DNA of 61,163 nt, taken from assembly GCA_013178315.1 (NCBI GenBank), contig JABLWX010000007.1, forward strand, positions 1 through 61,163, given 5' to 3'. Position numbers and translations under genes: made by a program. The notes under the pieces are model-generated. The model made no database searches. It had not been told where the DNA came from and worked only from the letters and a program-made list of their open reading frames with translations. How positions within the stretch are numbered: position 1 is the stretch's first letter; the number at the start of each line of letters is the position of its first letter. Shown here in pieces: positions 1 through 9,198 of this stretch. Origin of the DNA: Candidatus Aminicenantes bacterium (GTDB taxonomy: Bacteria > Acidobacteriota > Aminicenantia > Aminicenantales > Saccharicenantaceae).

Positions 1-2068
1 CTTTCAGCACTTTTTCTCTTACCTCTTCGGGAACCAGGTCCAGGAGGAGCGGCAGCAGGTTGGCCGTCTGGTCCGGGCAGCGGTCCACCGGACCCTGTCG
101 CAGGGCCTTGTACTGATGTCCTTCCAGGTAGGCCCGGTTGAAAGCCGTCTTGATCTGCCCGGCCAGCTCCTGGTATTGCTTGGCTTCTTCCTTTCTTCCT
201 ACCTGCTCGCAGATGCTGGCAAAAATCTGCACGTCGTGATAGTAGAACCAGGTGGCCACCAGTTCCAGCGGGGTTTTCTTGGACACCATGCCCCCCGGCT
301 GGCACCAGTCGCCGTATTTGCCCAGGTTGAGCTGCAGGTTTCCGGTGGCTTTCTGCCTCAGGAACTCTATGTAATTCTTAAGGCTCTGGAAGTGCTTGCG
401 CAGGATGTCCCGGTCGCCGTAAAACTGGTAAAGGTGCCAGCACAGACTGATGTAGGCCGAACCCCAGGCCGGGTCGGCCGGGTAGACGGCCGGGTTATAC
501 GGGGGGACGAAATCGGGCAGGCGGCCGTCTTCCTTCTGCGCCTGCCGGATCAAATCCAGGAAATGGGTGTAGAAAGCGGCCAGGTCAAAATTATAAGAAG
601 CCGCCTCGGCTGTGGCCAGGACATCTCCCAGCCAGCCGTGACGTTCGTCGCGCTGGGGACAGTCGGTGGGAATGCTCATCAGATTGGAGCGGAAACTGGT
701 CAGACAGCAACCATGGATCCTGTTCAGCAGCTGGCTTGACGACTCAAACTGCCCGCTGCTTTCCACATCGCTGTGGATAAAGCAGGCTTCCAGGGCATTC
801 TCGTCCGGGATGCCCGGGAAGCCGTCCAGCTCCACGTAGCGAAAGCCGTGGTAGGTGAAGTGCGGCTCGTAGACCTCCAGTCCATCGCCCTTCAGGATAT
901 AAACGTCGGTGGCCCTGGCCCGGTCGCAGGTGGCCTGGTTCAGGCTGCCGTCCGGGTGGAGGAGCTCGCCGTAGCGAAGCTGGACCTGGGTGCCGGCCGG
1001 GCCGCTGACCCGCAGCCTGGACCAGCCCGAGATATTCTTCCCGAAATCAAAAATGTACCGGCCTTCTCCGGCCGGCCTGATGCTAACCGGCTTCAACCGC
1101 TCGGTAACTCTTATGGGCGGAATGTTCTGGGCATCCAGGACCGGACCGGAAACGGTCACCGCCTTCTGCCAGCCGGAGTCGTCGAAACCGGGCTCAGCCC
1201 AGCCCGGCTGTTCCAGGCGGGCGTCGTAGTTTTCGCCGAAATAGATTCCGTTTTCCCTGACCGGGCCGCCAGAGACCCGCCAGCTCTCGTCGCTGGTGAT
1301 GATGTCCAGGCCGCCCTTTTCGTAGTAGATCTCCAGCCGGCAGAGCAACCGCGGCTGGCCGTAGCCATACTTCTGGATGTGGCGGCCGTTACCGAGGACA
1401 ACCCCCACGGCGTTCTGTTCCCGGACCAGGTCGGTGACCTCGTAGGCCGAGTACAGGGCTACCTTATTATAATCCGACCAGCCCGGGTCCAGCACCCGGT
1501 CGCCAATTCTCTGCCCGTTAAAGTAAAGCCGGTAATGCCCGAGCCCGCTGATATAAATCATGGCCCGGGTGGCCCGGCCACGGCTCTTGAATTCTTTCCT
1601 AAGGTAGATTCCCAGGCACTGGATGTCCGGTTTTTCGCTCTGTCCGAGCAGGACCGTTGTTGGACCGGCATAGGTCTCGGGCTCTTCCATGGTAATCCAG
1701 CTGGCCCGCAATTTTGATGTGCCCATGAAACCGGTGCCGAAGACGGCGATATCGCTGTAGGGGCTGACCTGCCCGGAGATGTTCCACCAGCGGACTCTCC
1801 AGTAGTAGTTCTGGCAGCTCAGCAGTTCCTCGCCGCCATAGGGAATGTGGGTGCACTCCTGGCTGCTGACCTTGCCGCTGTCCCAGAAATCGCCCACCTC
1901 CTTTTCGCAGAATTCCCTCTCGGAGGAGACTATGATCTGGTAAGCGGTCTGCTGGTCGCCACGGAAATCGCTCCTGAGTTTCCAGAAGAAACGTGGTCTG
2001 GGGATATCGATGATCTCTGGTTCTCTGAGGTACTCTACCCTCAGGTCAAAGGGTGGATGAATCGCCAT
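1..2068 (-). CDS. Alpha-L-rhamnosidase (GH78), C-terminus cut off by the window edge; absent from the supplied ORF track
   Basis: Manual minus-strand translation from ATG at 2068 (AGGAG upstream) gives MAIHPPFDLRVEYLREPEIIDIPRPRFFWK. The same frame at the window edge reads QTANLLPLLLDLVPEEVREKVLK. Both are GH78-like, and rhaA/rhaB lie upstream. Confidence 0.85.
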   Translation of the reverse strand, partial: MAIHPPFDLRVEYLREPEIIDIPRPRFFWKLRSDFRGDQQTAYQIIVSSEREFCEKEVGDFWDSGKVSSQECTHIPYGGEELLSCQNYYWRVRWWNISGQVSPYSDIAVFGTGFMGTSKLRASWITMEEPETYAGPTTVLLGQSEKPDIQCLGIYLRKEFKSRGRATRAMIYISGLGHYRLYFNGQRIGDRVLDPGWSDYNKVALYSAYEVTDLVREQNAVGVVLGNGRHIQKYGYGQPRLLCRLEIYYEKGGLDIITSDESWRVSGGPVRENGIYFGENYDARLEQPGWAEPGFDDSGWQKAVTVSGPVLDAQNIPPIRVTERLKPVSIRPAGEGRYIFDFGKNISGWSRLRVSGPAGTQVQLRYGELLHPDGSLNQATCDRARATDVYILKGDGLEVYEPHFTYHGFRYVELDGFPGIPDENALEACFIHSDVESSGQFESSSQLLNRIHGCCLTSFRSNLMSIPTDCPQRDERHGWLGDVLATAEAASYNFDLAAFYTHFLDLIRQAQKEDGRLPDFVPPYNPAVYPADPAWGSAYISLCWHLYQFYGDRDILRKHFQSLKNYIEFLRQKATGNLQLNLGKYGDWCQPGGMVSKKTPLELVATWFYYHDVQIFASICEQVGRKEEAKQYQELAGQIKTAFNRAYLEGHQYKALRQGPVDRCPDQTANLLPLLLDLVPEEVREKVLK

Positions 2069-2161
2069 CCTTAACTCCTGGATATGAAGTCTTCGGTCCG
2101 GGCCTCCTGGACCCGTCCTGAAAATTGTTTCTCAGGCTGGTCATCACTTCTTTTCTCCAGC

Positions 2162-3613
2162 TTACATGGCCTGGACCAGGAAGTAGTCCGGGACCTCCAG
2201 GCCGTAATCTTCCGGGTTGATTTCCTTGACAATGGTCCGCCTGTATTTTCTGGTCTGGGGGTCGACCTCGGTTAGGTCCACCACCTCGCCGTCGACTTTC
2301 TGACCCTGGCTGTCGACGATTATTTTGACCCTGGGTCGCAGCAGGAACCTGGTTTCCTGGTTGTTTTCCACCACCAGGCCGACCTCCCCGGTGTTGAGCA
2401 GCACCAGGCTGCCCACCGGGAAGATGCCCATCATCTGGACAAAGGTCTTGAGGATGACCGGGTTGAACTCGCTGCCGATATTCTCCAGCATCAGGCTCAG
2501 GGCTTCCGAGCGGGTGAAGGTCTTTTTCCGGTAGACCCGCTTGGTGGTGATGGCATCGAAGAAATCGCAGACCTTGACGATACGGCTGTAGAGGTTGACG
2601 TCATTTTTTATTTTTAACCGGGGATAGCCGGTCAAATCCTCCTTGATGTGGTGCTCCATGGCCACGTGGATGGCACTCACCGGCAGCCTCCGGAACTGGC
2701 GCAACTGGACCAGCTTTTCCGCGCCCTGGTGGGGATGGAGTTCCATGATCTTTCTTTCATCATCCGTCAATTGACCCGGCTTGTTGAGAATCTCCAGCGG
2801 GGTCTCAATCTTGCCCAGGTCGTGGAAGAAAGCGGCCAGGCCCAGGTCCACCAGCTCGGCCCTGGACAGTCCCAGCCGCCGGCCCAGGGCCACGGCCAGC
2901 AGGCTGACGTTGACCGAGTGGTTCAGGGTGTACTCGTCGTGGTTCTTGATGGTGGTCAGGCCCAGCAGGAAGGATTCGTTGTCCACCAGGTGGTTGAAGA
3001 TGGACTGGATCAGTCGGCGGGTGGTGTTGAGTCTGATCTGCTCGTTTTCCTTGTTCCTTTCCGACACTTCCCGCAGGTGCAGGATGCTGAGGAAGAACAG
3101 GCGGGCCGCGCTGCGCTCGGGACTGGGCAGCTTTTCAGATGCCTCCAGCTTCTCCAGCCTGACCTGCTCCACGTTCTGCTGGACCAGCTCGCTGACTATG
3201 TCTTCGAAGGGAGTGGCCGAGGTCCTTTTCAGGCCGAGGACGTTGACCGCCCGGAGAAGTTCCTCCCGGGAAACGTCGGGCTCAATGGTCAGCAACCCGA
3301 TTTCCCGCTTGCGGAACTCCTCCAGCAGGAACTTGAAGATCGGGTAGTTGGCCAGGCAAAACTTCAGCCGGGCCTGGTTGAAGAAGATCGACTCCCGCTT
3401 GATCTTGAAGTTTATCTCCGGGGCAGCCTCTTTCAGTTCCTGGAGAGTCTGGTACAGCAGCTCTGTCTGTTCCTGGAGAAGCTCGTTGTTCTCGGCGTAC
3501 AACCTGAGAATCTTGAAGACTATATAAAACCGGACCAGGAAATTGATGGCCAGCTTCTGCTGTTTCGGGCCGCTGGCCTGATTTGTGTCCGGTTTCAATG
3601 TTTCCTCGGTCAT
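2162..3613 (-). CDS. HD-GYP domain phosphodiesterase with an uncharacterised N-terminal domain
   Basis: Motifs YTLNHSVNV, FFHDLGK, EHHIKEDLTGYP, VCDFFDAITTKRVYRK; ATGA overlap with the upstream gene. Confidence 0.9.
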   Translation of the reverse strand: MTEETLKPDTNQASGPKQQKLAINFLVRFYIVFKILRLYAENNELLQEQTELLYQTLQELKEAAPEINFKIKRESIFFNQARLKFCLANYPIFKFLLEEFRKREIGLLTIEPDVSREELLRAVNVLGLKRTSATPFEDIVSELVQQNVEQVRLEKLEASEKLPSPERSAARLFFLSILHLREVSERNKENEQIRLNTTRRLIQSIFNHLVDNESFLLGLTTIKNHDEYTLNHSVNVSLLAVALGRRLGLSRAELVDLGLAAFFHDLGKIETPLEILNKPGQLTDDERKIMELHPHQGAEKLVQLRQFRRLPVSAIHVAMEHHIKEDLTGYPRLKIKNDVNLYSRIVKVCDFFDAITTKRVYRKKTFTRSEALSLMLENIGSEFNPVILKTFVQMMGIFPVGSLVLLNTGEVGLVVENNQETRFLLRPRVKIIVDSQGQKVDGEVVDLTEVDPQTRKYRRTIVKEINPEDYGLEVPDYFLVQAM

Positions 3614-5496
3614 GTCCTGTCTCTCTTTTCTTCGCCCACGGTTAACCTGACCAGGGCCTGGCTGGCCGCTTCCCGCACCCGGCGGTTAAGGAACTTTTCT
3701 CCCCGGCGTAGGAGCTCCACGGCCTCTGGGCTGCGGTTGGCCTCCAGTCCGGCCACGGCGCACAGCCTGAGTTCGGTGTTCGAGGGCAGCCAGGACTTCT
3801 TGAGGTACATCCGGCGCAGGAAATTGAAGGCTTCCGGGTTCCGGCTCCGGCCGAGAAATTCAAACAGGGCCTTTTTCTCTTCAAAGGGCTTTTGCCGGAA
3901 GGCCCGGCTCGCGATCTCCTTCATCAGCTGGCCCAGGCGGCTGGAATCGCCCAGGTACTTCAGGCTGGAGGTGGCCTTGAGCCGGACCTCAGAATCCCGG
4001 TCGTTCATGAAGCCCAATAGTATCTTGTTGGCCATTTCATCCTGGAAGGTCCCCAGGGCCTCGATGGCCTTTAATTTCAGGCCGGTACCTCTGAGCGTCA
4101 GGAAATTGCTGAACTGGGGTATGATTTTCTGGCCGGGCATGGCTCGCATCAACTCGATGACGGCCCCGGTCAGGGTAGGCCTCTGGTCGTCGATGAAGAT
4201 GGCGGCCAACCCGGGATTTTCCTGGAGCTTGCTGCTGACCAGGTTCCGGACATTCTCCCTGAATTCCGGCTGGTCAATTTTCTCGTAGAGCTCGCCCAGG
4301 AAGGGCAGGGCCCTTTCGCCGAACTGCCTGAGGTAATCAAACAGGGCCAGGTAATTAAGTTCAATTTTCTGGTCTACCAGTTTCCTGATCTCGTCCAGGA
4401 TCTGCAGGCTGCCGGCGCTGGCGGCGAAGGCTTCCAGTCCCGGCAGCTTTTCCGGCTGGTCGGCCGATATCAGGGCCTTCAGGTCTTTAATTTTCTTGTC
4501 CAGGAGAATCGGGATTTCAAACCGGCCGGTCCTGATGCTCTCCTGGTAAAAATTACGGAGAATGTCCAGGTTGGTCTGGAACTGATCCCGGTCTTTTTCC
4601 AGGGCCAGGATTTCCATCATCAGGTTAAGAAATTCTTCTTCCGGGGAGAGCTGGCGGTTGCGCTCCACCAGCTGGTTTAAGAGCTCCATTTCCTCCGGGC
4701 TGAGGGCCACCCGGCCGGCCAGGCCACCGGCAGTCTTCTCCCGCTCCGGCCCTGTCTCTTCTTTTTCAGGCCTGGTTTCTCCCTCACCCTCGGCGAAATC
4801 GAGAGTCTGCTGCCAGGTCTCCGGCAGGTCAAGGAGTTCCCGGTCCTGAAAAGACTCCAGCGCCTGTTTCTCCTCGGGCCGGAGCTCCAGCTTGCCGGAA
4901 AAAATCTTTTCCCGGTTGACGTTGATCTCCACCGTCCGACTGGCCAGTTCCTGGGGGATTATTTGCAGCCCCTTCTTGTTCAGGCTTTCGGCCCGTTCTT
5001 CGAGGATGCGGTTTTCGATGAACTCTTCCGGGGCATAGTACTGGACGTTGGCCAGGTCTTTCAGCCACAGGGCGTTGACCAGTTCTGATTCTTCCGCCGG
5101 CTTGGCCGACTCCGAGCGGACCAGGTCCAGGAACTCGCTGATTTCCTGGTCATCCATCCCCTGGTAAAGGGCCAGCACCCGAAGTCCATCCTTATAGAAA
5201 AAGAAGGGGAGACTCTTGCTGGAAATTTCATCCTGGTAGACCGGCTTGCCCTGGAAGTAGAAAGCGAATTCACCAATTTCCAGTTCCAGCTTCTGGAACT
5301 GGTCTAAAAAGGCTTTTAGCTTGGCGATAAAGTCCTGGCGGAAATGAATAGCCGAGGCATGGTGGGCCGGGAAAATTTTCAGGGCGGAAATGGTGTTGGC
5401 CAGGGACAGGACCACCTCCCGGGCCTTCTGAAAGGCCAGGGCCTCATATTCCTTCTCGGATAGCGTCTGGTCTATGGTCTTGTCCTCTGAGGTCAT
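3610..5496 (-). CDS. HEAT-repeat protein
   Basis: C-terminal helical repeats (LKLKAIEALG, DSEVRLKATSSL, LRLCAVAGL, RVREAASQAL). Confidence 0.8.
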   Translation of the reverse strand: MTSEDKTIDQTLSEKEYEALAFQKAREVVLSLANTISALKIFPAHHASAIHFRQDFIAKLKAFLDQFQKLELEIGEFAFYFQGKPVYQDEISSKSLPFFFYKDGLRVLALYQGMDDQEISEFLDLVRSESAKPAEESELVNALWLKDLANVQYYAPEEFIENRILEERAESLNKKGLQIIPQELASRTVEINVNREKIFSGKLELRPEEKQALESFQDRELLDLPETWQQTLDFAEGEGETRPEKEETGPEREKTAGGLAGRVALSPEEMELLNQLVERNRQLSPEEEFLNLMMEILALEKDRDQFQTNLDILRNFYQESIRTGRFEIPILLDKKIKDLKALISADQPEKLPGLEAFAASAGSLQILDEIRKLVDQKIELNYLALFDYLRQFGERALPFLGELYEKIDQPEFRENVRNLVSSKLQENPGLAAIFIDDQRPTLTGAVIELMRAMPGQKIIPQFSNFLTLRGTGLKLKAIEALGTFQDEMANKILLGFMNDRDSEVRLKATSSLKYLGDSSRLGQLMKEIASRAFRQKPFEEKKALFEFLGRSRNPEAFNFLRRMYLKKSWLPSNTELRLCAVAGLEANRSPEAVELLRRGEKFLNRRVREAASQALVRLTVGEEKRDRT

Positions 5497-5564
5497 GGTC
5501 AGAATTCAGGCATAGTTTAATGCAGCTACTGAATAATAGTCAAACGCCTACAGGATGGGATGGT

Positions 5565-6827
5565 TCAGCGCTGGCTCAGCACCTGCTCCTCGTAGTCCTT
5601 GACTTCGGCCAGCCACATGTTTTCCGGCGGAACATTGTGATTCAGGCAGTAGTAGTCCCAGACCGCTCCCAGGGGCAGGTCCCGGGCCACCTGCCGCCAG
5701 GCCAGCTTGACCAGGCTTTCTCCGGCCAGCTCGGCCTGCTTGATTCTTTCCCAGGGCAGGAGCAGGGCCCGCAGCAGGCTGCGCAGGCTGGACCTGGCTC
5801 CCAGCACCCAGGCACCGACCCGGTTCATCGAGGCGTCGAAGTAGTCCAGGGCCAGGTGAATTTTTTCCGGGATGGGGGAGTTGATGATTTCTTCGGCCAG
5901 GGTGTCCAGCTCATCGTTCCCGATGACCACGTGGTCACTGTCCCAGCGCAGGCCACGGCTGATGTGGAGGAGCAGCTCGCTGCTGACCTGCAGAATTGCC
6001 GAAAGCTTATCGGCCACCGACTCGGTCGGGTGGAAATGACCCAGGTCCAGGCAGACCATCTTTCCCTTTTTCAGGGCATAAGCCAGGTAAAATTCATGGG
6101 AGCCGACCACGAAAGCTTCACTGCCCAGGCCGAAGAGCTTGCTTTCCAGCGAGTCCTTGAGCAGGGTCTGGGAGAACTCCAGCTCGAAGATTTCCTCTAG
6201 GGAATCGTAAAGAAGCTGGCGGTAGAGCCAGCGGTTGGAGGGAATATCCTTCAACCCGTCCGGGATCCAGAGGTTATGGACGGAATAGGACTTGAGTTCC
6301 CGGCCGAAAAAGGCAGCAATCTTGCGACAGCACTTGACGTGTTCGACCCAGAATTTTCTTATTTCTTTCCGGGGGTGACTCAGGGTCAGGCCCGAGGCCG
6401 CCTTGGGATGGTTGAAGCAGGTGGCGTTGAAATCAAGCTTGATGTTCAGGACCTTGGCCCACTCCACCCAGCCCCGGAAGTGGGCGGGCTCATATTCGTT
6501 GCGCTCGACCGGCCCGTTGAATTCGCCGTAAATGGAATGGAGGTTGACCCGGTGGTGTCCTGGGATCAGGGACAGGGCTTTTTCCAGGTCCTGGCGGAGC
6601 TCGGCCGCGTTCCGGGCCCGGCCCGGGTAATGACCGGTGACCTGCAGGCCCGAGCCCTCGAAGCTGATTTCCTGCCATTCGAAGCCCTGGACATCGTCTC
6701 CCTGCCAGCAGTGCAGGCTCAGCTGAAATTTCTGCAGTTCTTCCAGGGCCTTTTCGGTATCGATACCCAGCTCGGCGTACTTTTCCCTGGCTTCCCGGTA
6801 ACGTTTATCGACCACGGTCAGGTCCAT
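5565..6827 (-). CDS. rhaA: L-rhamnose isomerase
   Basis: SLHCWQGDDVQGFE, HRVNLHSIY, ESKLFGLGSE, LDLGHFHPTE, RWDSDHV; ATG at 6827 follows AGGAGG. Confidence 0.95.
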   Translation of the reverse strand: MDLTVVDKRYREAREKYAELGIDTEKALEELQKFQLSLHCWQGDDVQGFEWQEISFEGSGLQVTGHYPGRARNAAELRQDLEKALSLIPGHHRVNLHSIYGEFNGPVERNEYEPAHFRGWVEWAKVLNIKLDFNATCFNHPKAASGLTLSHPRKEIRKFWVEHVKCCRKIAAFFGRELKSYSVHNLWIPDGLKDIPSNRWLYRQLLYDSLEEIFELEFSQTLLKDSLESKLFGLGSEAFVVGSHEFYLAYALKKGKMVCLDLGHFHPTESVADKLSAILQVSSELLLHISRGLRWDSDHVVIGNDELDTLAEEIINSPIPEKIHLALDYFDASMNRVGAWVLGARSSLRSLLRALLLPWERIKQAELAGESLVKLAWRQVARDLPLGAVWDYYCLNHNVPPENMWLAEVKDYEEQVLSQR

Positions 6828-6898
6828 TATCAACCCTCCTGGATGATGATTTTTTATAATTTTAAGGTTCCGCTGTCAAGACCGGGGGCTGGGGGCAT

Positions 6899-8371
6899 CT
6901 ACTTCAGCCCGGTCACCCGCAGGAAATCCTGGTAACGGTCTGACCAGAGCTCCTGCTGTTGTGGGTTGAATTCTTTTATTTCAAAAGAACGCCAGACCAC
7001 TTCTCTTATTTCCTGGCGACTGCTCACCGCCCCGGCGGCCAGGGCCTGAACCAGGATGTTGCCGGCCGAGGTGGCCTCGTCCGGACCGGCCAGCACTCTC
7101 AGGCCGGTGGCCTCGGCCGTGAACTGGTTGAGCAACTGGTTGCGCGAACCGCCCCCGACGAGGTGGATGGTGCTGAACTTTTTCCCGGTCAGCCGGCCGA
7201 GTTCCTCCACCACCAGCCGGCTCTTGAAGGCCAGGCTCTCCAGGATGGTCCGGACCATGGTCCCGATGTCGCCCGGTTCTTTCTGCCTGGTCTTCCGGGC
7301 GTAAGCATTTATGGCTTCGACCATGTTATCGGGGTGGAGAAAATCGGGGGCATCCGGGTCCAGGTAAAGCTGGAAGGGCCGGGCGGCCCTGGCCATTTCC
7401 ACCAGCTGTTCATAGTTAAGGTCCCGGTTCCTGGCCCAGACCTTGCGGCACTGCTGCAGCGGCCAGAGACCGGTGACGTTCTTCAGGAAGCGGATGGTTC
7501 GGCCCAGCCCGCTCTCGTTGGTGAAGTTTGAGGCAAAGGACTGCGGGCTGACCACAGGCTCCGGAAGTTCCACCCCGACCAGCGACCAGGTCCCGGAGCT
7601 GATATAGAGCCAGTCTTCACCCCGGCCCGGGGCCGCGGCCACGGCCGAGGCGGTGTCGTGGCTGGCCACCTGGACAACTTCTATGTCCGGCGCCCCGTCT
7701 TCCACCAGCCAGCTCGAAATTTTCCCCAGCCGGGTTCCGGGCTGGTTGATTTCGGGAAGTATACCGGGAGAAATTCCCATCCTCTCCAGAAGCTCCGGTA
7801 TCCAGCTACGGGTGAAGGGCGAAAGCATCTGCGAAGTGGAGGCAATGGTCAGCTCGGTGGCCTGCTTTCCGGTCAGCAGGTAATTGATGAGGTCTGGGGT
7901 GAACAGCAGCCTGCGGGCGGCCCGGATTATTCCCGGGTTTTCCTCGAGGTAGCAGTAGAGCTGGAAGAGTGAATTGAACGGCAGAAACTGGATTCCGGTC
8001 AGGCGGTAGAGCTCCTCCCCGGGAAAATTCTTAAAATATTTTTCCATGGCTTGCGGGAAGGAACGGTGCCGGTAGCAGTAGGGAAGGGACAGGAGGTTAC
8101 CCCGCTCATCCAGCAGGCCAAAGTCCACGCCCCAGGTGTCCACCCCGAGGCTGGACACTTCCAGGCCGTCCCGGCGGCAGTCCCGGAGGACTTTCCTGAT
8201 TTCTTCGAAAAGGTAATAGATGTTCCAGTGGAGGCGGTTTTCCAGCAGGATGGTCTTGTTGGGAAAGCGGTGGATTTCTTTTAACTCCAGCCGGCCAGCC
8301 TGCAGCCGGCCCAGCATGGCCCGGCCGCTTTCCGCTCCCAGGTCAAATGCCAGGAAGTTATGAGTGCCCAT
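6899..8371 (-). CDS. rhaB: Rhamnulokinase
   Basis: AFDLGAESGR, GVDTWGVDFGL, ASHDTASAV, YISSGTWSLVG, LKNVTGLW, VGGGSRN; adjacent to rhaA. Confidence 0.92.
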   Translation of the reverse strand: MGTHNFLAFDLGAESGRAMLGRLQAGRLELKEIHRFPNKTILLENRLHWNIYYLFEEIRKVLRDCRRDGLEVSSLGVDTWGVDFGLLDERGNLLSLPYCYRHRSFPQAMEKYFKNFPGEELYRLTGIQFLPFNSLFQLYCYLEENPGIIRAARRLLFTPDLINYLLTGKQATELTIASTSQMLSPFTRSWIPELLERMGISPGILPEINQPGTRLGKISSWLVEDGAPDIEVVQVASHDTASAVAAAPGRGEDWLYISSGTWSLVGVELPEPVVSPQSFASNFTNESGLGRTIRFLKNVTGLWPLQQCRKVWARNRDLNYEQLVEMARAARPFQLYLDPDAPDFLHPDNMVEAINAYARKTRQKEPGDIGTMVRTILESLAFKSRLVVEELGRLTGKKFSTIHLVGGGSRNQLLNQFTAEATGLRVLAGPDEATSAGNILVQALAAGAVSSRQEIREVVWRSFEIKEFNPQQQELWSDRYQDFLRVTGLK

Positions 8372-8683
8372 GAAATTGCCTTTCAATTTTTTTCAAGACC
8401 TAATTTTAACCGCATTGGCCCGGAATAATCCAGACTCAGGTTTCAAATTCATGCGGCCCGGGTAAGATCGGCTCTTAATTCTGAGCGCCTGGATGTCTGG
8501 ACTCTGAATCCGGCTCTTGATGGTAGCCTGACCCGGGCGCCTCTGCTCTGAACTGGAAGGTGTTGTCTGAAAAGTATTCCCGCGCAGAGGAAAGTGAGAA
8601 TAATAATGAAAAATGGTGCATTGTGGCCGCGATTTTTTGAAACCTCGTCCCGGATGGTTTATATTAAAGAGCGGGAGCGAGAG

Positions 8684-9103
8684 ATGAGAATTGTCCAGGA
8701 AGTAATTACCATTTCAACCCGCGGGCACAATGATATCCAGGACCTGACCCCGGAAGTGGAGCGCAGGCTTGAGGCCAGTGGCCTGAAGGAGGGACAGGCC
8801 CTGGTTTTTGTCCAGGGCTCGACGGCCGGGGTCACCACCATGGAATATGAGCCCGGGCTGGTCCGGGACCTGCCGGAACTCCTGGAAAAACTGGTGCCAT
8901 CAAACCGCAGCTACCATCACGATGAAACCTGGGGCGATGCCAACGGCTTTTCCCACCTGCGGGCTTCGCTCCTCGGGCCCTCGCTCATGGTGCCCTTTGC
9001 CGGGGGCCGGTTGCAGCTGGGCACCTGGCAGCAGATCGTCCTGGTTGATTTTGACAACCGGCCGAGGAGCCGGAATGTCCTTCTGCAGTTCGTGGGAGAA
9101 TAG
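8684..9103 (+). CDS. YjbQ/UPF0047 family (secondary thiamine-phosphate synthase-like)
   Basis: GSTAGVTTMEYEPG, HHDETWGDANGFSHLRASLLG, LGTWQQIVLVDFD. Confidence 0.9.
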   Translation: MRIVQEVITISTRGHNDIQDLTPEVERRLEASGLKEGQALVFVQGSTAGVTTMEYEPGLVRDLPELLEKLVPSNRSYHHDETWGDANGFSHLRASLLGPSLMVPFAGGRLQLGTWQQIVLVDFDNRPRSRNVLLQFVGE

Positions 9104-9198
9104 CCGCCGCTCAAAAATTTTGCCCCGGGCCCGTCCGCGGGGATGATAATCCCGGCCGATGGAGTATAATTAGGTAAGCCAGAAAGAGAAGAGCCACG

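Noticed and set aside
116-4288. Long plus-strand ORFs (116-739, 773-1717, 2648-4288)
   Set aside because: Antisense shadows of the GH78, HD-GYP and HEAT genes caused by codon bias; no recognisable motifs.
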